Source: Eledone cirrhosa (taxonomy: Eukaryota). From it: 64,000 nt of DNA. Numbering within the stretch: the first letter of the stretch is position 1; every line of letters begins with the position of its first letter. The DNA lies in assembly GCA_964016885.1 (NCBI GenBank), contig OZ024749.1:2356001-2420000 (forward strand), in the 5' to 3' direction. The notes below the pieces were generated by a model. That model did not search any database and was not told where the DNA came from. It worked only from the letters and a program-made list of their open reading frames with translations. Of this stretch, positions 44,101-55,847 are shown one piece after another. Position numbers and translations under genes: made by a program.

Positions 44101-44602
44101 GACTGATCGGCCTGATTTGCATATTAGCAGACTGGCTGATCAGTCAGATCTACATATTAGCAGACTGGCTGATCAGTCAGATCTACATATTAGCAGACTG
44201 GCTGATCAGTAAAATCTACATATTAGCAGACTGGCTGATCAGTCAGATCTACATATTAGCAGACTGGCTGATCAGTCAGATCTACATATTAGCAGACTGG
44301 CTGATCAGTAAAATCTACATATTAGCAGACTGGCTGATCAGTCACATCTACATATTAGCAGACGGGCTGATCAGTAAAATCTACATATTAGCAGACGGGC
44401 TGATCAGTAAAATCTACATATTAGCAGACTGGCTGATCAGTCAGATCTACATATTAGCAGACGGGCTGATCAGTAAAATCTACATATTAGCAGACGGGCT
44501 GAGCAGTCAGATCTACATATTAGCAGACGGGCTGATCAGTAAAATCTACATATTAGCAGACTGGCTGATCAGTCAGATCTACATATTAGCAGATCCACTG
44601 AT
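44101..44602. repeat. 33-bp minisatellite (cagatctacatattagcagactggctgatcagt), about 15 copies
   Basis: Period 33; about 3 inverted units also at 44823-44920. Confidence 0.95.
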
Positions 44603-44965
44603 CTTCTGCCAACACAAGAGCAAGAATGAAGTGTTCATTCTACTGATATGGCTATACAATTGAGGCTTGTCTTCAAAATTGCAAACGAATGTAATGTTAT
44701 TATTTATATTCGAAAAACTCAGATTACATTTATTGTATTCAGCCATGTAGAGCGAAAAATTCTTTTTTATTTCAATTTGTCAAAGCCGGCCATTTATCGC
44801 TCGTATACAGGAAACTGACTTGCCAGTCTGCTGATAAGCAAATCTGACTGATCAGTGGATCTGCTAATATGCAGACCTGACTGATCAGCCGGTCTGATAA
44901 TATGCAAATGAGGCCGATCAGGCATATATTTTCACTAGCTCAGACAGTTTGGCAGGTGAACAGTG

Positions 44966-45013
44966 AGCTGTACTGATGAAAAGTGATACCCAGAAACATT
45001 AGTGTCTACAGTT
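44966..45013 (+). ncRNA. type I hammerhead; paralog 43996-44043 (-)
   Basis: agctgta CTGATGA aaagtgataccca GAAACA-ttag-TGTC tacagtt; stem II better preserved in the paralog (tgg..cca). Confidence 0.72.
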
Positions 45014-45134
45014 ATATTCGCATCCCAACAGAAGAGCAAGAATGAAGGGTTCATTCTACTGACATGTCTTTAAAAATGAGGCTTGTCTGCATACTTGCAA
45101 TGTTATTAATCGAATGTTATTATTAATATTCGAT

Positions 45135-45321
45135 AGGCGGTGGATTGGCAGTATCGGTAGATGATCGGACGCCATGCTTTGGAGGATACAGTTACCTCCC
45201 TGTATGATCTGAGCTCAAACTCCGCCGAGGTTAACTTTGCCTTTCATACTTACGGGGTCGATCAAATAAAGTACCAGTAATGCACTGGGTAATTGCTGGC
45301 CTTGTGCCAAAAGTAGAAACA
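45135..45321 (+). mobile_element. SINE family S1 with 15-bp TSD
   Basis: attattaatattcga at 45119-45133 and 45322-45336. Confidence 0.9.
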
Positions 45322-45353
45322 ATTATTAATATTCGAAAAACTCAGATTACATT

Positions 45354-45413
<60 letters not shown>

Positions 45414-46174
45414 TTTAGAAACACACAGATACATGCGGACACACACATATATACATGAATGCATCCGCACCCAACTGTGAGTTAAGGGTGCCAACTTCAC
45501 CGATGTTGCTCAATGAATGACCGGGACAGACCAATTCGGTTGAACTAGACTGAACCAGTATCAGAGTTAAAAATACATTATGAAGAGAGAAGAAACATTT
45601 AGATATAATTAGTAATAAAATGTATCATACCTAAATTGCTCCTAAATTCCTCGACTACGTAGTTTCGTGGCATAAACAAAAACAATATATCATAAAGATA
45701 TAGAGTCCCTGCGAGGTCTGCCGACTTATCAAGAGGATACCTCATTTTACTAGTCTCAAGAACGCGTCTACACGACGTGAGAAAGAATCCGCCTTTTGGG
45801 ATTCTTTCTCACGTCGTGTAGACGCGTTCTTGAGACTAGTAAAATGAGGTATCCTCTTGATAAGTCGGCAGACCTCGCAGGGACTCTATATCTTTATGAT
45901 ATATTGTTTTTGTTTATGCCACGAAACTACGTAGTCGAGGAATTTAGGAGCAATTTAGGTATGATACATTTTATTACTAATAATATCTAAATGTTTCTTC
46001 TCTCTTCATAATGTATTTTTAACTCTGATACTGGTTCAGTCTAGTTCAACTGAATTGGTCTGTCCCGGTCATTCATTGAGCAACATCGGTGAAGTTGGCA
46101 CCCTTAACTCACAGTTGGGTGCGGATGCATTCATGTATATATGTGTGTGTCCGCATGTATCTGTGTGTTTCTAA

Positions 46175-46229
<55 letters not shown>

Positions 46230-46404
46230 AATGTAATCTGAGTTTTTCGAATATTAATAATTGTTTCTACTTTTGGCACAAGGCCAGCAATTACCCAGTG
46301 CATTACTGGTACTTTATTTGATCGACCCCGTAAGTATGAAAGGCAAAGTTAACCTCGGCGGAGTTTGAGCTCAGATCATACAGGGAGGTAACTGTATCCT
46401 CCAA
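45179..46404. repeat. about 1.2-kb palindrome, about 610-bp arms, centre about 45795
   Basis: gaaagaatcc-gccttttg-ggattctttc; arms include an HHR element, a TA tract and part of a SINE. Confidence 0.92.
45852..45941 (+). ncRNA. degenerate hammerhead (TTGATAA core); mirror 45648-45737 (-)
   Basis: tcctc TTGATAA gtcggca...tgccac GAAAC TACGTA GTC gagga. Confidence 0.62.
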
Positions 46405-46621
46405 TTTGTCTTGGAACTTCTGGTTATAGCTGCACCCGAATATAATTGGTTTTTAAATAATTTCACTATAGCGTGTTCAATGTATTTCACCCCCGTTTAT
46501 GGCTTATAGTGTTACTATAGAGCTGTCAATGTAGTCCACACTTTATCGCAAATAACTACATTTCTGTCAGGTAGCAATTACTTTTGCTTGAAGCTCTAAG
46601 ATGGTCGTCCGATGCTCTTAC

Positions 46622-46799
46622 ATAGGCACAAGGCCATCACTTTTGGGGGAGGAAAACGTCGATTAAATAGACCCAGAACGTTACCGGTCCTTTCTTTTAT
46701 CGACTCCGTCAGGATGAAAGGCAGAGTTAACCTCGACGCGATTTGAACTCAGATCATAAAGGGCCGTAACTCTGTGCTGAAAAGTATGGTGTCTGACGC

Positions 46800-46800
<1 letters not shown>
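46622..46800 (-). mobile_element. SINE family S1 variant
   Basis: aggatgaaaggcagagttaacctcg..gatttgaactcag body. Confidence 0.8.
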
Positions 46801-46871
<71 letters not shown>

Positions 46872-46872
<1 letters not shown>

Positions 46873-48360
46873 CCGTATTTTCAGCAATGATATATGTATG
46901 CAATTTGGTATTAGTAAGTGTGGAGTCCTTGAGATGAAGAGAGGTAGATTGAGCAGAAGCAACGGAATCCAGCTACCAACAGGTGAGATGATAAAGGAAA
47001 TTGACACTGAAGAGGGACACACGTATTTGGGTGTTCTGCAGGCTGATGACATCAAAAACAAAATAATGAAGGAATTGATAAGATCTAAATACATTCGGAG
47101 AGTAACGAGCGTATTAAAGTCACACCTGAACAGTAGGAATGCCATAAGTGCAGTAAATTCCTGAGCTGTGTCTATTATTAGGTACAGTGCGGGAATTCTG
47201 AGATGGAATGTTGCTGAACAAAAAGAAATGGATAGGAAGACTAGGAAGCTATTGACTATCTACAACATGTTCCACAAGATGAGTGATGTCGATAGACTCT
47301 ACTTAAGGAGATTTGAGGGTGGAAGAGGTCTTATCAGCATAGAGGACTGTGTTCAGATGGAGAAAAACAACCTATACAAATACGTGACTGATAGTAAGGA
47401 GCCAATGCTCAGAATTGTACTGAAGGAGAGGACAATAGACCAGGGGATGTTCAAGGAGGAAATAACAACAAGGAGAAAGAGCAGCCTTCATGAAAAATCC
47501 CTTCATAGTACCTTCTTTGAGAAAACTGAATTTAGAGATCCACAGACATGGAACTGGTTGAAAAGAGGAGACCTTAAAAAGGCTACAGAAGGAATGCTAA
47601 TGGCTGCGCAAGAGCAGGCCCTCAAAACGAAGTGGCTGAAACACCATATTTACAAGGAGGAGGCTAGCCCACTGTGCAGGATCCGTGGGGACAGAGAGAG
47701 GAGACTGGCTCACATTGTATCCGAGTGTAAACACCTAGCCCAGACTCACTATAAAGGCTGGAGACATGATGTGATGGGCAGGGTGATCCACTGGCACCTA
47801 TGCAAAGTAAACAATTTACCACATTCTGAGAAGTGGTATGAGCATAAGCCAGAGCCGGTGATAGAAAACGATCAGGTGAAGGTGCTGTGGGATTTTAGGA
47901 TAGAGACGGACAAGAAACTGGAAGACAATAGACCTGACCTGGTGGTTTTGGACAAGGAAAAAAGATCGTGCCTGATTGTGGATGTGGCCTGCCCATTCGA
48001 CAAGAGAGTGCAAGAGAAGGAGAGGGAGAAAATTAACCGATACCAGGACTTAAAGTGGGAGGTAAAAAGGATTTGGAATTGCCACGAAGTCAAAGTGGTC
48101 CCGATTGTTATAGGCGCACTAGGAACTATCTCAAAAAGTTTCCAGGGATGGTTAAAGAAAATTGGCCCCGCCACGCTTTTTGGAATACTTCAAAAGACAT
48201 GCTTGCTTGGAACAGCAAGAACCCTCCGATACGTCCTGAATATCTGAGGCTGCAGGTAGTGGCTTGATATTCATTTCAACAAACTTTCCAGTTAACTAAT
48301 ATCAATGACTGAGACTCAAAGAACAATGATAATAATAATAATAACTATAATAATAATAAC
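46872..48360 (+). mobile_element. 5'-truncated R4/Dong-like RLE LINE in (TAA)n
   Basis: MQFGISKC, TYLGV, DVDRLYLRRFEGGRGL, degenerate CCHC, DNRPDLVV..D..CPFD..EKINRYQDL..VVPIVIGALG; one stop at 47162; (AAT)n on both sides. Confidence 0.92.
47168..48247 (+). pseudogene. C-terminal part of the LINE ORF (thumb, zinc knuckle, PD-(D/E)xK endonuclease)
   Basis: 359-aa open stretch with RLE motifs. Confidence 0.88.
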
Positions 48361-48416
48361 TATACGCGGGTTTCCTGGGATTTGCGATAAAGCAAGATAA
48401 ATGCAACTATAATAAT

Positions 48417-48602
48417 TGTTTCTACCTTAGGCACAAGGCCAGCAAATACCCAGTGCATTACTGGTACTTTATTTTATCGACCCCGTAAGGATGAAAGGCA
48501 AAGTCAACCTCGGCGGGATTTGAACTCAGATCGTAAAGAGACGTAACTATGCTGGAAAGCATGGCGTCCGATTCTCTACCGATACTGCCAATCCTCCGCC
48601 CT
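48417..48602 (-). mobile_element. SINE family S1 with 16-bp TSD
   Basis: atgcaactataataat at 48401-48416 and 48605-48620. Confidence 0.92.
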
Positions 48603-49275
48603 ATATGCAACTATAATAATAATAATAATAATAAGGGAATATTACGCACATGGTGGATAGGGTATTATGGAATCGTTCCCGTAAGTTTTTAATTTTTTAC
48701 ATATTTAAAACAATTATGATAGAATAATTCTTATTACAAATGGGACATAAGATACCAGTCATACTCTCAGGCAGTGGCAACGCATAACATTATGGCATAT
48801 GGCTCTAATATTTAATATTTAATTTTGTATCAGAAATTTTATAGTCAAAAAAGAAAATGGTTACAAATGGTCACAAAAGGAGAGAAAACAGCCAAATAGT
48901 TTCACCACCAACACCACCACCGCCGCCACCACCTCCACTACCACAAACAATTTAGCTAGATACAATAACACCATCACAACACCATCACTACAGTATTACT
49001 ATCCCATCACCACCGTCACCACTGCATCACCGCTACCACCACTATTCCTCCACTACCTCCTGTTAAGAGAGGGATGGTAGTAGGGCCACTAAACATGACT
49101 AGAAGCGAGGAAGTCACCAAAAGATATGAAAAGATATAAATAGACTGATTTAGTGACCCGGTCAAACAGTTAACATCAACACCAAAAACATAATAATTAT
49201 TGTTGTTGTATCTCTAAACTCTCTCAAAATGTTTAGTTTAAACGATGTCAAATCTAAACTATAATATAATAATAA

Positions 49276-49435
49276 TTGTTTCTACTTTTGGCACAAGGCC
49301 AGCAATTACCCAGTACATTACTGGTACTTTATTTTATCGACCCCATAAGGATGAAAGGCAAAGTTAACCTCGACGGGATTTCAACTTAGACAGTAAAGGG
49401 ACGTAAATATGCGAGAAAGCATGGCGTCCAACCCA
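49276..49435 (-). mobile_element. SINE family S1, 5' truncated
   Basis: S1 body and tail. Confidence 0.85.
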
Positions 49436-49659
49436 TGCAACAACAAAAGAAAAACAAATTTCAAAAGTTTTGAACGCAACAACCCCAACTTCCCTCGTAG
49501 CTAAAATCAAAAATTGCCACAGCAGCAACAACAACACTAGTAACCGATGTTACTGGCCTTGATAAACAAAAAGAAAAAAAAAACAAACTAAGTCAGACAT
49601 TCAAACATTACAATGAAACTTATGCTTATTTTTTAAAGTTTTTATCTATTTGTTTGTTT

Positions 49660-50778
49660 ATTTATTTATGTTCGTCTACAACGTGATGGTGCCACGCTAA
49701 AAGCGGGGGTTTTACATAAAAGTAACTTTAATATTAATAAATAACAATAAACTATATATAATAAAATAACAATTGAAATCCCCAGTAGGGGGAACATTAC
49801 TGCAGGGTTGTTTTACACCCCGTGGATAGAACAACCCTCAATACCAGGAACACGTTTTGTAGGTGTTCCTGTCTTCCCTCTTTATCTTCCTCAACCTACA
49901 GAGAAGGCCCATTCACTCGGGCCATTTTTGCCACATTCACCCACCTTTCAGCGAATTTACTGGGGTGTAGCACCTCTCTCTCCATTCTCACCTTCCTTCT
50001 GAAGTGATACTTAAAGAAGGGGATAAGTTGTTGTCCGGAGAGAAAGGTGTTTGCCCTCAGTCCTTTTAACCTCGTCCACCATATTACCTCTTTCGTCATA
50101 GCCACCAGACAGAGGAAAACCGCCTCTCCTTCGTTCTTAAATGAAGGCGGCGGGGTGATCCTCACGATGGACTCGGCTGACAACTGGATGCGTCCCACAC
50201 GTGACAGCAGCTGTTCGACATAATTCCACAGGTCGGTTACCCCTGGGCATTGAACAATTGCGTGCATAATGGTTTCGATGTCCTGCTCGCTTCTTGGACA
50301 GGTCCTTTTGGCAGGATCTTTGCCAGGGCGCCCGTGCCTGTAGATTTTGTCTCGAACTAGTAGAGCTCCTCGGTAGCACTGCCAGGCCAGAGACCTCTGG
50401 AAGTTATCCATAGGCCCTGGACGGAAAGTCCTCCCGAACAGACTGGTCAGCTTGTCCTCCTCGATGCCTAGAGTTTCCCCGAGAACGTCGTCGCACTTAT
50501 CCTCCACTAATCCCCTATAGAATGTCGAAGTGGAGTCTCCGCTGATTGCTGTTTCCGCTTGGTAGAGGGCTGTGAGCGCCTGTAGGCACTCGAGGTGCCA
50601 GGCACCCATTTTCGGTCTTCGCTTGACCCAGGACTGCAGCTCTGTTAGTGAGAGGAGTTGTGGAAGAGCTTGTCTCACAAACGACAGCCACACCGGTTCA
50701 CCGGTCAGGAATACCTGGAGATGGCGTAGCCTCAGCGCATGTTGCGCATCATCAGCCACGGCATCCCCAGACCTCCGT
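49660..50778 (-). mobile_element. 5'-truncated Tx1/L1-like LINE (zf-RVT C-terminus plus 3' UTR)
   Basis: FQRSLAWQCYRGAL...CPRS..DIETIMHAIVQCP; homologous to 57170-58300; (TCTA)n at its 5' junction. Confidence 0.88.
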
Positions 50779-50785
50779 TAGATAA

Positions 50786-50843
<58 letters not shown>

Positions 50844-50979
50844 GGATTGGTTGGTTGATTGATAGTTAGTTAAATCCAATTGGAATCAATCACAGCATTA
50901 CAACAGTTTTGGAAACAGCAAATATCCTGCAGGAAGTTCTATATAAGATTACATAACTTGGTAAGAAGTCATTTAAATG

Positions 50980-51046
50980 ATCCAGCGATAATAAGATCCA
51001 GTGTTAATAATATCCAGTGTTAATAAGATGCAGTGTTAATAAGATC
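50980..51046. repeat. short tandem repeat aagatccagtgttaat, about 4 copies
   Basis: Direct inspection. Confidence 0.7.
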
Positions 51047-52394
51047 GTCACTGTCCAAGTAAAAGATAATAATAATAATATTATTTTTACATAAAATTAT
51101 TTGATTATATTCCATAATTATGTAAGCACACTTATGACTGGTTCTGATTTTCTTGTAAATATTACTTTTAACATATGATGTATATATGCATAAAGCAAAT
51201 GATATACTGTATAATGTGTGATGTGTATAATCCGGTGTGTTTATTTCGGGGGATTATCAATGTATGTAGTAAGATATTTTGTCGTAGGTGTCGTGACGAC
51301 ACTCGGCAAGAAATAGAAAGACAAACGGAAGGAAGAGAAAAAGGACAGATAGCAATAGTATCAGTGACATTGGTGAAGTTACACAAATATTGTGACAGTA
51401 AAGATAGTAATGTGGAGAGGTGGGAGTATCTATAACAATGAGTGGGGAAAAAAGGAGGAAGTAACGTATAAAATTATAAACAAATGAAAAATTTGCTATA
51501 CCTTAGGTACCTTAGATAAGGACACAAATGTGAGAAGTTTCCCCTGTAAATAGAAAAAAGAAGAAAAGGTCAGACTTATTTTTACAGCTTTTAACTTTGG
51601 CAAAACAGATACTAAACTGGCATACTATGAAAAAAAACTGTCTTTTTCATCTCATCTCATCTCATTGTGCATGAATTCTACAGAACATTGTTAACAGTTC
51701 TCAGAAGTATTTGGCACTCCTGTGAGGACAACGATGAAAATAGAAAAATAACGAAATTTGTACAAACGATTGGAAAGTTGTATGTTAGTTCTGATTATTG
51801 TATTTACTGTTTAAAAAGGGTTAAACTCCAAAACATTTTCGAAAGTGAAAGTAGCAACAAATAATAAATATAATAGAATAAACAAATACATGAATAAAAT
51901 TAAAAACATACATACACAAAAGCAACCGAGAGATTGCGAGAGAGCAAACAAAAAAAAAAAATAACTGACATAACGTTGGTACAAAATGTCTGACTTCAAC
52001 GACAAATGACATCAAACAAAAGCGAAATCAATGCGACAAAGATATGTGAAAACGAAATTACGTCAACTGCACCTAAATGTAGCGGATGTAATGTAATACT
52101 ACAGTGCAATGTTATATATAGTAAGTAGTTTACACAGTAATAGAGAGTAAACTAACATAAAATATTATTAGAATATATTTGGCAATACCGGAGCAAAGTT
52201 GAAAAATGAAGGAATACAAGGAATAATTGAATAAGTAGTCAATCGAACGCCAATTTTACTCCACCATTGCCTTTCTCAAGCCTTCCTTGCCTCTCTCTAG
52301 GTATATATATATCGTAACACGTACGTATATATATACATTTCTACACCGATATATATATATATATCTATACACAAACAGAGGGTTAGCCATGATG

Positions 52395-52983
52395 AGTCCA
52401 AGTGTGTGTATGTGCGTATGTATTCAAGTGTGTGTATGTGCGTATGTATTCAAGTGTGTGTATGTGCGTATGTATTCAAGTGTGTGTATGTCTGTATGTA
52501 TTCAAGTGTGTGTATGTGCGTATGTATTCAAGTGCGTGTATGTGCGTATATATTCAAGTGTGTGTATGTGCGTATGTATACAAGTGTGTGTATGTGCGTA
52601 TGTATTCAAGTGTGTGTATGTGGGTATGTATACAAGTGGGTGTATGTGCGTATGTATTCAAGTGTGTGTATGTGCGTATGTATACAAGTGTGTGTATGTG
52701 CGTATGAGTCCAAGTGTGTGTATGTGCGTATGTATTCAAGTGCGTGTATGTGCGTATGTATTCAAGTGTGTGTGTATGTGCGTATGAGTCCAAGTGTGTG
52801 TATGTGCGTATGTATTCAAGTGCGTGTATGTGCGTATGTATTCAAGTGTGTGTATGTGCGTATGTATTCAAGTGTGTGTATGTGCGTATGTATTCAAGTG
52901 TGTGTATGTGCGTATGTATTCAAGTGTGTGTATGTGCGTATGTATTCAAGTGTGTGTATGTGCGTATGTATTCAAGTGTGTGT
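52395..52983. repeat. 26-bp minisatellite caagtgtgtgtatgtgcgtatgtatt, about 22 copies
   Basis: Period 26. Confidence 0.95.
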
Positions 52984-53782
52984 TCTAACCTATTTCTGTA
53001 TGTGTAAATGGGGAAAAATAGGATTAGGCAACATCCATGTTTTAATCCTGAACATGGGTTGTGTATATATAAATAATTGTTTCTCATATTATACATACAC
53101 CACTACACACACACAGACACGCACACACGCACACACACACACACACATATATATATATAGTGGAGCGAGAAGCTCTAGTCTTCATTAGGACATCTCCATA
53201 GGAGAAGGTCACTCTGATATAAAACCTACCATTTTGTTTGTATCCAGTGATGTAGACAAGTTATATTTTTGCACAAATGCCTTCGATGTTGAGAGAGTTG
53301 GACTGGCCCCGTGCAGGGCCTTTCCTCACTTCAAAAAGCTTCAAGGATAGGCATCGCTTGATATGTGGTATTTTATGCGATGCATGGTATTGCTGACCAT
53401 AGGTAAGTCCCTAACAGGATTAAAAAGCCATGTCCGTGTTGCTCATACTTAAGTAACAAGGCAGACAGACAGACAGATAGCTTCATAGATAGAGGGAGAG
53501 ACAGGAAGTTAGGGAGGTACACATAGAAAGACAGACAGACAGACATTTATATACCTGGGTAGACATTAAGATAAATAGATTGATTATTAGACACACATGC
53601 AGTTATCTATGTATCTATTTATGTAACTATCTATGTAACTAAGTATCTATCTATCTATCTATCTATCAATCTATCTATCTAACGTAGGTGGCAACCTCAT
53701 TTTTCGCCCCCAAAGGGGCGAAAATTTAATTTGAAGTTAATTTGAAAACTGTTTAATTTTTTAAAATATTTTGCGATCAGCT

Positions 53783-55452
53783 ATGGCAAGCGTTCAAAGA
53801 ACGCGAGCGAACGTTGAAGAAGGAAAAAGAAAAGAAGAAATAGACTCTAAAGTTGCTAAAAATTCTGCCTGTATCGAGGTAGTTGACAACAAAGTTTTGT
53901 GTAACGAAAGTCAAGTAGACGACACAAACAAAATTGAATCGCACAGTGAACCACATAGTATACAACACACACCAAAATCAGCAGAAAAAACAATTGACAC
54001 AACTACAAACGGAAAACCCGACAACCACAACAACAACGACAACAACAAAATAACTTATACAGAAACAGTCACAAGTAATAATAACGTTACTTCTAACTCC
54101 GCATGTATTGGCGTCACCATGGAAACCAATATGGACAACAAAAATAAAAACAAGATCGAACAACACATAGTACAACAGACGGAAAAAACAACAGAAAATA
54201 AAACCAGTGACACAACTACAAACGGAAAACCCGACAACCACCACAACAACAACAACACAAAAAAAAACTTTTGCGCAAACAGTCATCAAGACACATGAAT
54301 TCAAGGATCTCGATATCTCCAATGCGAAACAGATGCTCTCTGAAGCAAAGGAGTTTATCACTTTCGGTGACAACGGGGGTTTCAGATAAACTCACCCCCA
54401 GAAATTCGTCTGGAAACATTTCAAAGGACAATTACCTTCAGAACTGTTTCAAATGAAACAAAACGACCAGCATTCCTCAGTCAAGGGGAAATTAAAGCAA
54501 CCTTATTAAAGATATTGCCAGACATCGACTTTATGCAGAGGGCCAAACAGTACGGGAGTATTTCAGTACTCCTCAAAAGAGAGGCCCTTGCACAAAGATA
54601 TTCAGTGACGCCAATACTGTCACAAAAATACACCGTTTTCCCTACATACCTGGGAAAAAGGACACAAAACATTAGAGTTTCAAACATACCACCAAATATT
54701 AATATTTGGTGGATATTGGCAGGAATTTTAGAAGAGAGAAAAGACACTATTCTCTCCATGAAAAAGTCAACCAGACACACCTGGTCTGGTACAAATTTGG
54801 AGATTCTGGTGCAAATGAGCCCGGAAAGAATCTTCAAAATACCATAAAAAGTGCTGGTGGACAACAACAGCCACTTAAACATTGCAGTTGAGGGACGAAA
54901 ACCACATTGCTTTTGTTGCAATAGCACCACACACCTAAAGGCCTCCTGCCTTTTACAAACACGCTCAACCAAAACAATACAAAAGAAAACAGTGTTACCA
55001 ACACCAACACAAAAACAACCACCACCACAACAACAACTCAGGAAAGAAGCAAGCACACCAAAACAAACAGCCACTCAACCTAGAACAACAGAAAAAACAC
55101 AGACAACACCCCTGAAGAACACAGCCCCACCCCATTCCACTTCATCAAACACTACCACAAACACACACACACCGAAACACCACTACCACACAACATACCC
55201 CTACCCCACACACCTGACGATGATTATTCATCGACGCATGAGGCTGTTTCTCCTTCTTTAAGTGAAGAAGAGGGAGAGCCGCGGAAATCTAAAAAACATA
55301 AAAAGAGACACCACAAAACTCCCAAAACTCCAATAACCAACACCAACACACAACCACAGACACAAACAACAACACAAACAACACCACAGTCAAACATCAC
55401 CCTATCAGCAAAACCAACACCAACACCACCCAAACACAAGCACCCAACATAA
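53783..55452 (+). pseudogene. LINE ORF1 (gag-like), disrupted
   Basis: IRVSNIPP; CFCCNSTTHLKASC zinc knuckle; internal direct repeat gacacaactacaaacggaaaacccgacaacc at about 53996 and 54209. Confidence 0.7.
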
Positions 55453-55847
55453 AAAGAAAACTCCCGGACGAACAACAAACTAAAACAACACAACAAAAAC
55501 GCAAACAATACGCATACATCAACACAAACAACAAGAGTTTGATGGAGGTCATCTTCTAAAACCCCAAGGTGGACACGGAGGGCAAAACTTTCGTCAAGGC
55601 AGAATCGTCTCCACACCTTAAACTTATAAGGGTTTCTATAGAGACCTAGAGTGACCTGAAAAATAAATTTTCACAGGACGTGGGCAACCCCTGCCAGAAA
55701 CCCATCAACCGCGTCCTGTTAAAATGTTTCCCCACCCCACCCAACACCCCATCCAGCACCCAAATGGAGATTGAACAACCCGATCTCCAGGAAACGAAAA
55801 AGTGAGTGCAACTTTTCGTCCTTTTTCTCCAACTTTTCTTCACCAAC

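Larger units (their letters stand above)
43650..45360. mobile_element. cluster of three copies of an HHR/33-bp-repeat element in mixed orientation
   Basis: 43650-44130 (-) is the inverse of 44820-45360 (+); third partial copy 44606-44760 (+). Confidence 0.7.
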
